24,243 bases of DNA from a virus (lineage: Duplodnaviria; Caudoviricetes), in IMG/VR virus record IMGVR_UViG_3300011423_000033, positions 1-24,243 of that record; one strand, given 5' to 3'. The notes beneath the pieces are model-generated. The model was given only the letters and a program-made list of their open reading frames with translations, was not told the origin of the DNA and searched no databases. The translations under genes and the position numbers were made by a program. Positions 24,114-24,243 of this stretch are shown in pieces (position 1 is the first letter of the stretch; each line of letters opens with the position of its first letter).

Positions 24114-24243
24114 TTAGCTGCTTTGCTTGTATACACACCCCCCTATAGTAATACTAATACTCATATAGCGCTCGGGGGGAGTACCTCCTTATTCGCGGCA
24201 ATTTGATTAGTTCATACAGTGGGTGATGACGCTCGCGCACGAA

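Noticed and set aside
24114-24243. Short minus-strand ORF (MSISITIGGCVYKQSS) or the tail of an upstream gene
   Set aside because: The AGGAGG is about 18 nt from the ATG, and there is too little sequence to support a call.
1-24243. CRISPR array, tRNA/rRNA genes, integrase or transposase
   Set aside because: None recognisable; the window is almost fully occupied by phage structural genes.

Overview
The window is the virion morphogenesis (late) region of a tailed dsDNA podovirus-like phage of roughly 50% GC, possibly infecting an alphaproteobacterium (weak inference). Every supported gene is on the minus strand. Reading right to left: promoter region, three accessory genes (one with a diverged ART-PolyVal-like domain), HTH protein/probable small terminase, an Acb2/Tad1-like nucleotide-sponge gene coupled to the large terminase, portal, scaffold, major capsid protein, two or three head-associated genes, terminator, tail adaptor and nozzle, an internal promoter, three modular tail fibre/receptor-binding genes plus a chaperone, three small genes (FlbD-like, membrane, lipoprotein), a GNAT protein, and three ejection proteins. 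The last ejection protein is missing from the ORF track because it runs off the left edge; it carries both a lytic transglycosylase and an M15 peptidase domain. The most striking unexplained signal is a 15-bp dyad, GTATAC-N3-GTATAC, found five times at near-regular 4.6-5.0 kb intervals (5035, 9994, 14592, 19481, 24080): twice just upstream of sigma70-type -35 boxes, once over a ribosome-binding site, and twice inside coding sequence. All family assignments come from motif recognition and gene order, not database searches.
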